A stretch of 63,926 nucleotides of DNA, the filler included, from Octopus bimaculoides (lineage: Eukaryota), in assembly GCF_001194135.2 (NCBI RefSeq). It is 7 parts of 7 records of this genome, joined end to end, with 100 filler letters (N's around TTAATTAATTAA, not from the genome) between each part and the next. Parts side by side here need not be neighbours in the genome. Positions count along the whole stretch, not along the records: positions 27,413 to 38,053 come from NW_026314412.1; positions 38,154 to 47,932 come from NC_068985.1; positions 48,033 to 50,818 come from NC_069002.1; 4 more parts are not named here. One strand, 5' to 3'. Shown here one piece after another: positions 37,680-50,065 of the stretch. The notes under the pieces are model-generated. The model saw only the letters and a list, made by a program, of their open reading frames with translations, did not search any database and was not told the origin of the DNA. The position numbers and the translations under genes were made by a program. The first letter of the stretch is position 1. Every line of letters begins with the position of its first letter.

Positions 37680-38053
37680 ACAAATAATTACAGAGGCATC
37701 AAGCTGTTAGATCAGGTTATGAAAGTTACAGAGAGGGCCATAGCCCAACTAATTAGGGAGCGAATCAATTTAGATGAGATGCAGTTTGGGTTCGTGCCAG
37801 GTAAAAGCACTACTGATGCCTTATTTCTAGTGAGACAGTTGCAGGAGAAATACCTAGCTAAGGATAAACCTCTGTACCTGGCTTTCGTTGACATGGAGAA
37901 AGCCCTTGACAGGGTCCCCCGATCCCTTATCTGGTGGTCAATGAGGAAACTTGGGATAGAAGAATGGTTAGTGAGAGCTGTGCGAGCCATGTACAGAGAT
38001 GCTGCCAGTAAGGTGAGGGTTGGAAATGAGTACAGCAATGAATTCCGGGTAGA
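37680..38053 (+). mobile_element. Second RTE RT fragment, truncated by the scaffold end
   Basis: NYRGIKLLDQVMKVTERAIAQLIRE…AFVDMEKALDRVPRSLIWWSMRKLG; paralogous to 32250-32620. Confidence 0.9.
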
Positions 38054-38097
38054 NNNNNNNNNNNNNNNNNNNNNNNNNNNNNNNNNNNNNNNNNNNN

Positions 38098-38109
38098 TTA
38101 ATTAATTAA
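38098..38109. other. Artificial scaffold-joining linker
   Basis: N44-TTAATTAATTAA-N44. Confidence 0.95.
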
Positions 38110-39190
38110 NNNNNNNNNNNNNNNNNNNNNNNNNNNNNNNNNNNNNNNNNNNNGGATATATTAACCTCTTAAAGGGATGATTACATCCAAGAAAACACTG
38201 GTTCTATACCTTATGTCTTTTAAGAAATAAAATTCCCCTAAGTCAATTAATGTCCTTTGAATTCATATCTCACCCAGGTAAACTTTGCTTTTCATCCCTC
38301 TGTAGTTGATAAAATAAAGAATCAGTCAAGTACTGGGGTTGATATAGTGACCAATGGTTAACATGCAGTATTTTAAAAAAATGAAAGTAAATTGACCAGA
38401 AGTGATGACAGTGACATTCCATAATTTCCATGCACAAACTGTAGAAGTTGTAATGAGACTGGTCTAGAAGTAGTCCACATAACAATGTGGACTATGACTA
38501 ATAATAATAATAATGCTTAATTTACATCGTATCTCCGTGAGAATTTGTAGCAAAACAGATTTAGAGATTATGAAAGATTATTTGTGAATATCATTTTGTG
38601 CATCAGTGTTTGGTATGTTTTCCCCATAAATGTAAATTTTTATATCTTGTATAAAGTATATGAACAGGTTTCATTTTATATAAAATATATGTACATTCTA
38701 TACATTGGTTATTTTACAAATTGTTCACAGGAAAATATCAGATTTCATTTATACCATCTCTTTCAGTCAATTTACTTTCATTTTTTAACCCTTAAGCTGA
38801 ATGTTGAATGTTAACCCAACTGATTTGCCACCACCACCACCACATTCATCACCACGTATATTAGAAACCACATTAGTATTGTTCTAATAAGACTAACTAG
38901 TAAATAGCTTTTAGTCCAATGTCCATTCATTTCCATCGTCACATCACTAGATTAATTCTTATCCTAATAATTTTTAGGTGGATTTTGCAAATTGTCTTAA
39001 TGACTTGGTCACAATGGCTTCAGTTTCCAATTTAATTCCACCATTAATAAATGCTTTCCAGGAAAGTTTGATCAAGTCCAATAAAGTCAGAGGTGAAGTT
39101 GTTGTAGAAACATTGGCCATGTGCATTTTGATAACGTGTAAGAGAGAATATCAAGATGAAAATGTTTTCTTGTAGTTAACATCACAGTAT

Positions 39191-40871
39191 TGTGTCAACC
39201 CGTCAGGATTTAGTGATGGACTATAAGTTAATAAATCTGTAGTAACGCCTGCGCATGCGTAGTCTTACGCATGCGTAAAATTAAACAAGCAAGCGTTTCC
39301 CGCTCAATTCATTCTCTTTCACGCTGGCCAGCGATTGAGCAAGGACGTGTGTTCAAAGCTGTCTCTACATCTTTCGGTCTTATACTCGACAGCTCGTTAT
39401 TCTCACCTCTAAAGATGTATAACTAAAAGATATGTATGTTTACCAAGTAAATAAATGTTGTTTGAGTTGTTTAGTCTGGAGTTCAGCGTTCCGTCTATTT
39501 CTTTAATTTTATAGTAGAAAGTCAGGTATACAATCTAAAGATGTATAACCCACTTTCTACTAAAAATCTATANNNNNNNNNNNNNNNNNNNNNNNNNNNN
39601 NNNNNNNNNNNNNNNNNNNNNNNNNNNNNNNNNNNNNNNNNNNNNNNNNNNNNNNNNNNNNNNNNNNNNNNNNNNNNNNNNNNNNNNNNNNNNNNNNNNN
39701 NNNNNNNNNNNNNNNNNNNNNNNNNNNNNNNNNNNNNNNNNNNNNNNNNNNNNNNNNNNNNNNNNNNNNNNNNNNNNNNNNNNNNNNNNNNNNNNNNNNN
39801 NNNNNNNNNNNNNNNNNNNNNNNNNNNNNNNNNNNNNNNNNNNNNNNNNNNNNNNNNNNNNNNNNNNNNNNNNNNNNNNNNNNNNNNNNNNNNNNNNNNN
39901 NNNNNNNNNNNNNNNNNNNNNNNNNNNNNNNNNNNNNNNNNNNNNNNNNNNNNNNNNNNNNNNNNNNNNNNNNNNNNNNNNNNNNNNNNNNNNNNNNNNN
40001 NNNNNNNNNNNNNNNNNNNNNNNNNNNNNNNNNNNNNNNNNNNNNNNNNNNNNNNNNNNNNNNNNNNNNNNNNNNNNNNNNNNNNNNNNNNNNNNNNNNN
40101 NNNNNNNNNNNNNNNNNNNNNNNNNNNNNNNNNNNNNNNNNNNNNNNNNNNNNNNNNNNNNNNNNNNNNNNNNNNNNNNNNNNNNNNNNNNNNNNNNNNN
40201 NNNNNNNNNNNNNNNNNNNNNNNNNNNNNNNNNNNNNNNNNNNNNNNNNNNNNNNNNNNNNNNNNNNNNNNNNNNNNNNNNNNNNNNNNNNNNNNNNNNN
40301 NNNNNNNNNNNNNNNNNNNNNNNNNNNNNNNNNNNNNNNNNNNNNNNNNNNNNNNNNNNNNNNNNNNNNNNNNNNNNNNNNNNNNNNNNNNNNNNNNNNN
40401 NNNNNNNNNNNNNNNNNNNNNNNNNNNNNNNNNNNNNNNNNNNNNNNNNNNNNNNNNNNNNNNNNNNNNNNNNNNNNNNNNNNNNNNNNNNNNNNNNNNN
40501 NNNNNNNNNNNNNNNNNNNNNNNNNNNNNNNNNNNNNNNNNNNNNNNNNNNNNNNNNNNNNNTACGCATGCGTAAAATTAAACAAGCAAGCGTTTCCCAC
40601 TCAATTCATTCTCTTTCACGCTGGCCAGCGATTGAGCAAGGACGTGTGTTTAAAGCTGTCTCTACATCTTTCGGTCTTATACTCGACAGCTCGTTATTCT
40701 CACCTCTAAAGATGTATAACTAAAAGATATGTATGTTTACCAAGTAAATAAATGTTGTTTGAGTTGTTTAGTCTGGAGTTCAGCGTTCCGTCTATTTCTT
40801 TAATTTTATAGTAGAAAGTCAGGTATACAATCTAAAGATGTATAACCCACTTTCTACTAAAAATCTATACA
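39191..40871. repeat. LTR-like sequence duplicated on both sides of a 990-N gap
   Basis: 39266-39572 and 40563-40869 are the same 307 bp with two substitutions seen; the unit starts TGTG and ends TACA and contains aaataaa. No TSD found. Confidence 0.45.
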
Positions 40872-41149
40872 ATTTATATACTCATTTGCTGAAACTTCTT
40901 TAGAAAACATTAAACAAAACACATTCTATGCTAATAGAAAACTTTGTTGTGATTTCTTGAATAATATGTTGGGGCTCATGATCAAAACTATTTACATTGT
41001 CATCTCAGTCTTATAATGTAAAGTGACTAAGTCAACATACGTGTATATATATCTCCTATCACATTTCACATGAGATAACTGGAGGATACATGCATAGATA
41101 CATACCTACGTACGTACATGCATACATACATACGTATGTACATACATAC

Positions 41150-41545
41150 ATTGTTATTGTTGTTGTTGTTGGCACTCCATCACTTACGACGTCGAGGGTT
41201 CCTGTTGATCCGATCAATGGAACAGCCTACTCGTCAAATTAACGTGCAAGTGGCTGACCACTCCACAGACATGTGTACCCTTAACGTAGTTCTCGGGGAT
41301 ATTCAGCGTGACACAGTGTGACAAGGCTGACCCTTTGAATTACAGGCACAACAGAAACAGGAAGTAAGAGTGAGAGAAAGTTGTGAAAGAGTACAGCAGG
41401 GTTCGCCACCATCCCCTGCCGGAGCCTCGTGGAGCTTTTAGGTGTTTTCGCTCAATAAACACTTACAATGCCCGGTCTGGGAATCGAAACCGCGATCCTA
41501 TGACCGCGAGTCCACTGCCCTAATCACTGGGCCATTGCACCTCCA
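41150..41545 (-). mobile_element. SINE family B, full length with (CAA)n tail
   Basis: tRNA-like head at 41545 (tggaggtgcaatggcccagtgattagggcagtggactcgcgg…ttcgattccc); tail …cgtcgtaagtgatggagtgccaacaacaac. Confidence 0.85.
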
Positions 41546-41814
41546 CACATACATACATACATATGTGTATGAATACAAAGAGAGCGAGAATTGATGTATA
41601 AACATAAAAAAATTATATCCGCGATAATTAAGAACTCAATAATTCATTAACAAACTCCAACATGTTATAACATTACAGTAAGTGTAGGTGGAAAATCTTT
41701 GTATGCATATACATAATCAGCTAAAACAATCCTTTAGAGCAACATATTTAGAATAAAAAGTAGAAAAGCATAAATTTTACAAATAGCTCATAATTTAATT
41801 TCAGTCAACAGTAG

Positions 41815-41965
41815 GTATCACTGTGGAGTTAAGAAGTTTGCTTCCCAACCACATGATTTCAGGTTCAGTTCCACTATGTGACATCTTGGGCAACTGTTGT
41901 AAGTCTTGGGTCAACCAAAGCCTTGTGAGTAGATTGTGTATACAAAAACTAGAAGAAAACCAGTG
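41815..41965 (+). mobile_element. SINE family A head, decayed
   Basis: gaagtttgcttcccaaccacatgatttcaggttcagttccac…ccaaagccttgtgagt. Confidence 0.65.
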
Positions 41966-42059
41966 TGTGTATGTGCGAGCATGTGTATGTGTGCACACAA
42001 GTGTGTGTGTGTGTATGTATGTATGGATGGATGTATGTATGTCATTATTCAGTTTTATT

Positions 42060-42570
42060 TCAAAATTTCTTGTCAATAGAGAAAGAGATGGTTTCTAACC
42101 TAGATCCAAGGCTACTTCATTGGAATTTCAACATCAACAACAGGATATTTTTGTATGTATGTATACATGCAGATTTGTATGTTTTGTTTTATGCATGTCT
42201 TCTCATGCATATACTTGCATATCTAGACATGCTCATATATACTTAAATGATAAATTTCAGGAAAGTTTTACAGATTTTTACTGTTCCAGTGATGGATTGG
42301 ATCTGAAGGTTTCGAATCAGTTTTCTCCTTTCTAGTTTTGAGAAGCCTAATTTTTCAAGATTGGTATTTAGGCAGTGTGTAACATATCCCAGTACCCCAA
42401 TAATTACAGGTATAAACCTGAACTTGTAATCTGGATAGAGTATCTGCAAATTTCTCAATAGTTCAGCATAGGTGTTCTCTTTTTCACTGATTTTCAGCTT
42501 TATGTTAACATCCACTGAGCAGCTGATTTCCATAACTGTTCCGTTTTTCTCTATCCCAAATCATTATATC
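42060..42570 (-). mobile_element. R4/Dong-type (REL endonuclease) LINE 3' end, copy A
   Basis: DIMIWDREK…EISCSVDVNIKLKISEKENTYAELLRNLQILYPDYKFRFIPVIIGVLGYV…LQIQSITGTVKICKTFL*. Confidence 0.7.
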
Positions 42571-42595
42571 ATGTATGTATGTATTTATGTATGTA

Positions 42596-42629
<34 letters not shown>

Positions 42630-42649
42630 CATGCATGAAGGTATATCTG

Positions 42650-43015
42650 TCTGTCTGTCTCTCTTTCTCTTTTTGATTTAGAGTAAATTTAGACTGGCTA
42701 CCGACATAGTAACAAGGTTCTGAAGGAAAGTATCTTGTTATAATTGTCATCTTTTAAATCTTAAGAAGGTCTTGCTGATTTTTATGGTCCCAGATATCAT
42801 GGTCATTTGTAGCATATGGATTAAGGATTTGCATTCTCTCCCCAAGATTCCAAGTTCAGCCACACTTTTTTCCAAATGGGTTGGTATATATCTTTTTGCT
42901 CCAGTAATACTGGGTATGAATCTGAAAATGTACCTTGGGTACTGCATTTCCAAACTCCTTACCAATGGTTTCATAGATGTCCTCTTTCTATTGTATTTTT
43001 CAAACCACATTTGTG
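42650..43015 (-). mobile_element. R4/Dong-type LINE 3' end, copy B
   Basis: LEMQYPRYIFRFIPSITGAKRYIPTHLEKS…LQMTMISGTIKISKTFLRF* plus 3' UTR. Confidence 0.6.
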
Positions 43016-43029
43016 TCTAGAAGGCTTGA

Positions 43030-43365
43030 ATGTCTGTCTGTCTTCCTTCTCTTTCTCTTCTTAATTTAGAGTAAATTTTGAATTCTACTGATCACCTACT
43101 TGTTAGCAAGGTTGTGAAGGAAAGTATTTTGTTTTAACCATCATCCTTTAAATCTTAAGAAGGTCTTTTAGTTTTTTAGAGTCCCAGATATTATGACCAT
43201 TTGTAGCATATGAATTAAGGATTTGCATTCTCCCCTCAAGATCTCAGGTCCAGTCATACTTTGCTCCAAATGGGTTGGTGTGTATCTTGTTGCTCCAATA
43301 ATAATGGGTATGAAGCTAAAAGTGTATCTTGGGTACGAGATTTGCAATTCCTTATCAATTGTCCA
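43030..43365 (-). mobile_element. R4/Dong-type LINE 3' end, copy C
   Basis: KELQISYPRYTFSFIPIIIGATRYTPTHLEQS…LQMVIISGTLK; 3' UTR homologous to copy B. Confidence 0.6.
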
Positions 43366-44089
43366 TTGTGTATGTGTGTGTGTGTGCATGTGTGTGGGTG
43401 TGAGAGAGAAATAGAGAGAGAGTGTGTGTGTTGCTCTCTCCTTGTTTTGGCATCGTACGATAGTTACTAAAATGAATTTTACTGTCACATGTCATTCATT
43501 TCCAATATTCTGAAAAAACATATCTGGCCAGTGGGGAATTTTACCTTGCTTGAAAACAGGTGAAGTTTAGTAACAGAAAGGGCATCCAGCCATTGAAAAA
43601 ATGTCTCAACAAATTCTGTTCAACTCATGTGAACATGGAAAAGAAATGACTAGTTTATATATTATTAGGTCAGTTACAACTAGGTCATATATTACCAGGT
43701 CAGATGCAACTAGGTCATGTTTTAAGAGATTAGATGTAATAATGGTCAAAGGTCATGCATTATGAAGTTAAGAATTATTAGGTCAGATGTAGCTATGACA
43801 TCTATTAAGGGATCAAGTATAATTAGGTCATGTATAATTAAGTTAGGTACAACTAGGTCAGATATTGGTTTTAAAGTTTGGTGCTGGGTCAGCAAGTTTG
43901 GGGAAGTGGGGAAGTTGATTGCATCAATCACCCCAGTCCTTTATTGGTACTTATTTTAATGACCCTGAAAGGATGAAAGGCAAAGTCAACCTTGTCAATA
44001 AAGATGGATGAAATGCAGCTAAGCATTTTGCCTGGCATACTAACAATTCTAGACAGAAACTGAATGAAGCCTGTCACATGTTTGTGTGT

Positions 44090-44470
44090 GTGTCGTAGGA
44101 AGCTTGCCTCCCAACTGCATGGTTCCAGGTTCAGTCCTGCTTTGTGGCACCTTGAGCAAGTGTCTTCTATAACTTTGGGCCAACAAAGCCTTGTGAGTGG
44201 ATTTGGTAAACAGAAACTGAAAGAAGCCTGTCATGTGTGTGTGTGTGTCTTTATGTCTATGTTTGTCCCCATCACTGCTTGACAACCAGTGCTTGGTGTG
44301 TTGATGTTCCCATAACTTAGCAGTCTGGCAAATAAGACCAATAGAATAGGTACCAGGCTTAACAAAAAAATAAGTACTGGGGTCAATTCATTCAACTAAA
44401 ACAAATTGTTCAAGGCAGTGCCCCAGCATGACTGTGGTCTAATGACTGAAACAAGTAAAAGATAAAAGAT
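44090..44470 (+). mobile_element. SINE family A variant, full length
   Basis: Head aggaagcttgcctcccaactgcatggttccaggttcag…; tail ctgaaacaagtaaaagataaaag. Confidence 0.8.
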
Positions 44471-45119
44471 ATATAAAAATGTACACACACGCACATAGAT
44501 ATATATGTGCGCGTGTGTGTGTGTATTTTGTCTCCTTGTCTTGACATCAGATGATAGTTGAAAACATATATCTGATCATGAAGAACTATTACCTTATTTG
44601 GAAACAGCTGACAGTTGACAACAGGGAGGACATTCACCTGTAGAGAATCTGCCTTAGTGAATTCCATTCAGCCTCTGTGAACAGTTGAAAGTGGATGTTA
44701 AAACAATGATGACAGTGTATTCTCACTCTACATCCAATAAAACCAATTCTTATGGAAGCAAAATTAAAGCATGTCTTGACACTAAAGACTGTCTAAAAAT
44801 AATCATCTGCTCAGTGGTTCACAAATACCTAAAATATGTTAGTATTTTTTAGAAAAGTTCTGATGCTTACAAAAAATACTTCTGTTTTCAGAGATCATTT
44901 GTTACTGGCTCCTGAAAACTACATTATCTAGTGTATCTTACCCTATTTAAGATGGTAGAATGTGTGTTGCGGGAACTTGGCTATTTGACTTTTATTTTTT
45001 ATAGCAAATTGGGTAACCATGTAGAGCTTTCCTCATTGGCTTCTTGCTCATGTCTTCTTTACAGATGTTGACCTGAAACAGTTTAAAAAGAACATTTTCA
45101 AGCTCCCCAGTTTCAGAGA

Positions 45120-45240
45120 ATCATCATCATCATCATCGTTTAACGTCCGCTTTCCATGCTAGCATGGGTTGGACGATTTGACTGAGGACTGGTGAACCGG
45201 ATGGCTACACCCAGCTCCAATCTGATTTGGCAGAGTCTGC
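45120..45240 (-). mobile_element. RTE tail fragment with (ATC)n
   Basis: catcatcgtttaacgtccgctttccatgctagcatgggttggacg is the reverse complement of the RTE 3' end. Confidence 0.75.
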
Positions 45241-47214
45241 AAACATAATGAGCAATGCCTTCTCCTCTAGACAAGGGGCCAGCAAAGTGTTTAATAATCA
45301 CTCCTAGGGATCTATGTGGCTATCCAAAAGATTGATTACACCATTTGAAAAAGTATTAGGGATGCTAAATTATTAGGGAGCTGAATTTGGAAGAGCAGAA
45401 TAATTTAAGGCTAAAACTAATTTCCAGCCAAATATTGATGCTATAACTAATAAGCACTAAACATATATTTCACATTAAATATTCTGATTATATCAATACA
45501 AATGATTTTTTTTATTGTTCTTTATCAATTTCATTAAGTATTTTTTTAAATTATATTTCTTTAGATATTCCTTATCAAAAAGTGGTAATGATACAAAAGA
45601 ATGAAAGAATTATTGTTTTTAAATCAAAAAATTTTTTTTATTAATTATACTTACTAATTTCATTTCAGAAATTAACATGATGAGGGTCAATAAGTTATCA
45701 ATGATTGTATGAAGGGGTCAATTACATAAGAACTTTGCCAACCCTTGGTTTAAATGGAACATTAATAACATCAAGTTCACAGGTCTCGGATGGACTGCTC
45801 CTTCTCAACTCAACAAGTAAAACAAAATAAATATTCATCATCATCATCATCATCATTAACCTATAACATTCATGTTCCATACTGGCAATTTTGTCTGATG
45901 GCTTCAAGAACTGCATCATGCACTACACTGACATGGTTTCCACAGCAGGATGCTCTTCTGAACACCAATCATTTAACACCATGTACTTGGCACTTTTTTC
46001 TTTGCAACAGTAGGAGTGAGGTCACCATGCAGTGTGCAACACTACAAGATCCAAGGGGTGGTTTTATGCTCAGAGATGAAGGGTTGAAGTATGAGAAAAG
46101 AGGCCAGAGCAGAACAGGTTTCTTGCTGTAGACAAGCTACAATGCTACTCATATTTTTAAAAGCAATAATAGGAATGATTGGGTGGACATTGCAAGAGTG
46201 CACAGGGGAGTAAGTGATAATAAATTATCTAACAAATGCTTAATTTCTTATTTGTTGGTATGTGTTGTTTAGCTGTTGTAACTGGTTGCTGTTTGTTACA
46301 ACTTAAAACAGAGAAAAGCAGTGAAAAAAAAAAAACTCTTATGGAATTGGGACAGGAAGTGTTTATTTCTATCATGTTGTCAGCTACAATGACTCACTGA
46401 CTTCTTTGTGTCCGGTTCCAGAAATGACAAGCTATTGAATGGCAAGCCCTTCCCCTACAGATTCAGATGCTAGTCTATTGCAAACAGGTTTATTTTTAGC
46501 TGATATTAGGGAACAATCAAGAATTTGCACAGTGTTTTTATACAAAGCACGTGTGAATCTGAGCAGGTTTGGTCCATAGTTTTATCACTCCATTGTCTGA
46601 AGAGCCAACTTTATAGGTATATTGTATCTATAGCACTATGCTATGGCCATTAGTGAAGTGACATAATTTTTAGTTGTCCACATACATCTTATTTCAATTA
46701 TATATCTTACATAGTTTCTATATACCAATGTTAGCAACAGGAGTAGTGTATAATCCAATAAAAGTTTCATTGTCATACAATACCATGACCAAAATCTACC
46801 AGAGAAATAGTTTGGTAAAATATTCTTTCTTTTGTTGCTCTGCTGATTTCCTTCCCAACATGGAATGCAGTATGATGAGCCAATGAGGGAACTGCAGCAT
46901 GGTTAAATAATCAGTTAGAAGTAGAAACCAAATAATTCTTAAATCATGCTTTACTATCTTTATCCTTCCCAACACACAAAACAGGACAAGTCAATGCAGG
47001 AACCTTTTTGTCAGACAATTAGATAGAAACAGCTGTCAAATCACTCTCAAACCACATCTTAAAAAACAAAAAAAAATCGCCAATACTTTGGATGATGTAG
47101 TTGTTGTAAGTGAGATGAGATGATTATGTCAGAATGTCTTTTATTGTAGGGCTAAACAACAACAATTTATTTTATAAACAATCTCGTGTTTTGTTTTAAA
47201 TATATATAGACGAA

Positions 47215-47585
47215 GGAGTGACTGTATGGTAAAAACCTTGCTTTCCAACCACATGGTTCCTGGTTCAGTCTCACTGTATGGTATCTTGGGCAAGTGTCTT
47301 CTACTATAAGAGCAAAACCATGTGAGTGGATTTGATAGACAGAAACTGAAAGAAGTCCATCGCATATATGTGCGTGTGTGTTTGTTCCCTCCCCCCATCA
47401 ACACTTGACAACTAGTGTTGGTGTGCTTACATCCCAGTCACTTAGCAGTTCGGCAAAAGAGACCAACAGAATAAGTTCCAGGCTTTAAAAAATAAGTACT
47501 GGGGTCAATACATTTGACTAAAAATCTAAGGTGGTGCCCCAGCATGGCAAAGTCTAATGACTGAAACAGGTAAAGCTAAAAGATA
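47215..47585 (+). mobile_element. SINE family A, full length
   Basis: Head ggagtgactgtatggtaaaaaccttgctttccaaccacatggttcc…; tail ctgaaacaggtaaag. Confidence 0.8.
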
Positions 47586-47611
47586 TTTATATATATTACT
47601 ATTTACTATTT

Positions 47612-47932
47612 ACTATTTTACTTGTTTCAGTCTTTTGACTGTGGCCATGCTGGAGCACCGCCTTTAGTCGAGCAAATCGACCCCAGGACTTATTCTTTGG
47701 AAGCCTAGTATTTATTCTATCGGTCTCTTTTGCCGAACCACTAAGTTACGGGGATATAAACACACCAGCATCGGTTGTCAAGCGATGTTGGGGGGACAAA
47801 CACAGACACACACATATATATATACATATACATATATACGACAGGCTTCTTTCAGTTTCCATCTACCAAATCCACTCACAAGGCTTTGGTCGGCCCGAGG
47901 CTATAGTAGAAAACACTTGCCCAAGATGCCAC
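47612..47932 (-). mobile_element. SINE family A, inverted relative to 47215-47585, cut by the scaffold end
   Basis: tttacttgtttcagtc…gctggagcaccgcc…acttgcccaagatgccac. Confidence 0.85.
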
Positions 47933-47976
47933 NNNNNNNNNNNNNNNNNNNNNNNNNNNNNNNNNNNNNNNNNNNN

Positions 47977-47988
47977 TTAATTAATTAA
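47977..47988. other. Artificial scaffold-joining linker
   Basis: N44-TTAATTAATTAA-N44. Confidence 0.95.
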
Positions 47989-48086
47989 NNNNNNNNNNNN
48001 NNNNNNNNNNNNNNNNNNNNNNNNNNNNNNNNTGTGTATGCATATTTATTTATATATGTTATGTGTGTATATATATATATATAATG

Positions 48087-48121
<35 letters not shown>

Positions 48122-48194
48122 CACACAGACACAAGAGGAAGTCAAAAATTATGCGCACTTTCGACATAACATACCTTTATTATTGTTCACTGCC

Positions 48195-48300
<106 letters not shown>

Positions 48301-49638
48301 CGTCTGTCCGTCTGTCTGTCTGTCTGTCTATCCGTCTGTCTCTCTGTCGTCTGTTTTTACATCTTTATATATCCATACATATATATATGTATGTGTGTGT
48401 ATGCACACACACATACACACACATACATATATATGCATAGACACGCATGCCGACTTGCTTATGCGTGTGTTTGTGTTTGTGTCTGCGTGTGTACATACCT
48501 TATTGTTGAAACCGAAGACAGAGAATAGAAAGAAAAGCGAAGAGCGACAAGAAAATTATTTAAGAGATGAGCGAGAGAAATAAGATCCAGAAAACAGATG
48601 GAATGTGGCCAGCAAGATGGAAATTAGATCCTGTGGACAGATGGATCGAAAGCGAGGCGGCAATGGTGACATAAACTACCAACGTACACTGAACATTATT
48701 ATTAGTTAGAACTATTGTTGCTGTTGTCTTCCTTCTCCGCCTTCTCCTCCTCCTCCTCCTCCTCCTCCTCCTCCTCCTCATCATCATCATCATCATCATC
48801 ATCATCANNNNNNNNNNNNNNNNNNNNNNNNNNNNNNNNNNNNNNNNNNNNNNNNNNNNNNNNNNNNNNNNNNNNNNNNNNNNNNNNNNNNNNNNNNNNN
48901 NNNNNNNNNNNNNNNNNNNNNNNNNNNNNNNNNNNNNNNNNNNNNNNNNNNNNNNNNNNNNNNNNNNNNNNNNNNNNNNNNNNNNNNNNNNNNNNNNNNN
49001 NNNNNNNNNNNNNNNNNNNNNNNNNNNNNNNNNNNNNNNNNNNNNNNNNNNNNNNNNNNNNNNNNNNNNNNNNNNNNNNNNNNNNNNNNNNNNNNNNNNN
49101 NNNNNNNNNNNNNNNNNNNNNNNNNNNNNNNNNNNNNNNNNNNNNNNNNNNNNNNNNNNNNNNNNNNNNNNNNNNNNNNNNNNNNNNNNNNNNNNNNNNN
49201 NNNNNNNNNNNNNNNNNNNNNNNNNNNNNNNNNNNNNNNNNNNNNNNNNNNNNNNNNNNNNNNNNNNNNNNNNNNNNNNNNNNNNNNNNNNNNNNNNNNN
49301 NNNNNNNNNNNNNNNNNNNNNNNNNNNNNNNNNNNNNNNNNNNNNNNNNNNNNNNNNNNNNNNNNNNNNNNNNNNNNNNNNNNNNNNNNNNNNNNNNNNN
49401 NNNNNNNNNNNNNNNNNNNNNNNNNNNNNNNNNNNNNNNNNNNNNNNNNNNNNNNNNNNNNNNNNNNNNNNNNNNNNNNNNNNNNNNNNNNNNNNNNNNN
49501 NNNNNNNNNNNNNNNNNNNNNNNNNNNNNNNNNNNNNNNNNNNNNNNNNNNNNNNNNNNNNNNNNNNNNNNNNNNNNNNNNNNNNNNNNNNNNNNNNNNN
49601 NNNNNNNNNNNNNNNNNNNNNNNNNNNNNNNNNNNNNN

Positions 49639-49671
<33 letters not shown>

Positions 49672-49844
49672 TGTATGTATGTATGTATGTATGCATGTAT
49701 GTATGTATGTATGTATGTATGTACGTACGTATGTATGTATGTATGTATGAATAAATATTTGTATACTTACACACACACACATATGTATATGCAAATACAT
49801 GTATGTGTATGTATGAAGATATATGTATATTCAACTACACACAC

Positions 49845-49904
<60 letters not shown>

Positions 49905-49905
<1 letters not shown>

Positions 49906-50065
49906 CAACGGGCTTCTTTCAGTTTCCGTCTACCAAATTCACTCACAAGGCTTTAGTTGGATCAAGGCTATTGTAGAAGTCAAGGTGCCATGCAGTGGGA
50001 CTGAACCCTGAGCCATGTGCATGGAATGCAAGCTTCTTACCTGACAGCCACGCCTGCGCCTACAC
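49905..50065 (-). mobile_element. SINE family A head
   Basis: acaacgggcttctttcagtttccgtctacc…caaggtgccatgcagtgggactgaaccc…cagccacgcctg. Confidence 0.7.

Noticed and set aside
38272-38305. Apparent 26-nt minus-strand exon with AG/GT boundaries
   Set aside because: The sequence is a decayed SINE-C segment (ggatgaaaggcaaagtcgacctcgg).
45064-45125. Acceptor-like cttctttacag followed by a short open frame (DVDLKQFKKNIFKLPSF)
   Set aside because: No donor before the RTE tail insertion and no homology support.
46438-46490. Possible first coding exon MASPSPTDSDASLLQT followed by GT
   Set aside because: Short, weak donor, no recognisable homology and no partner exons; RNA-seq would be needed.
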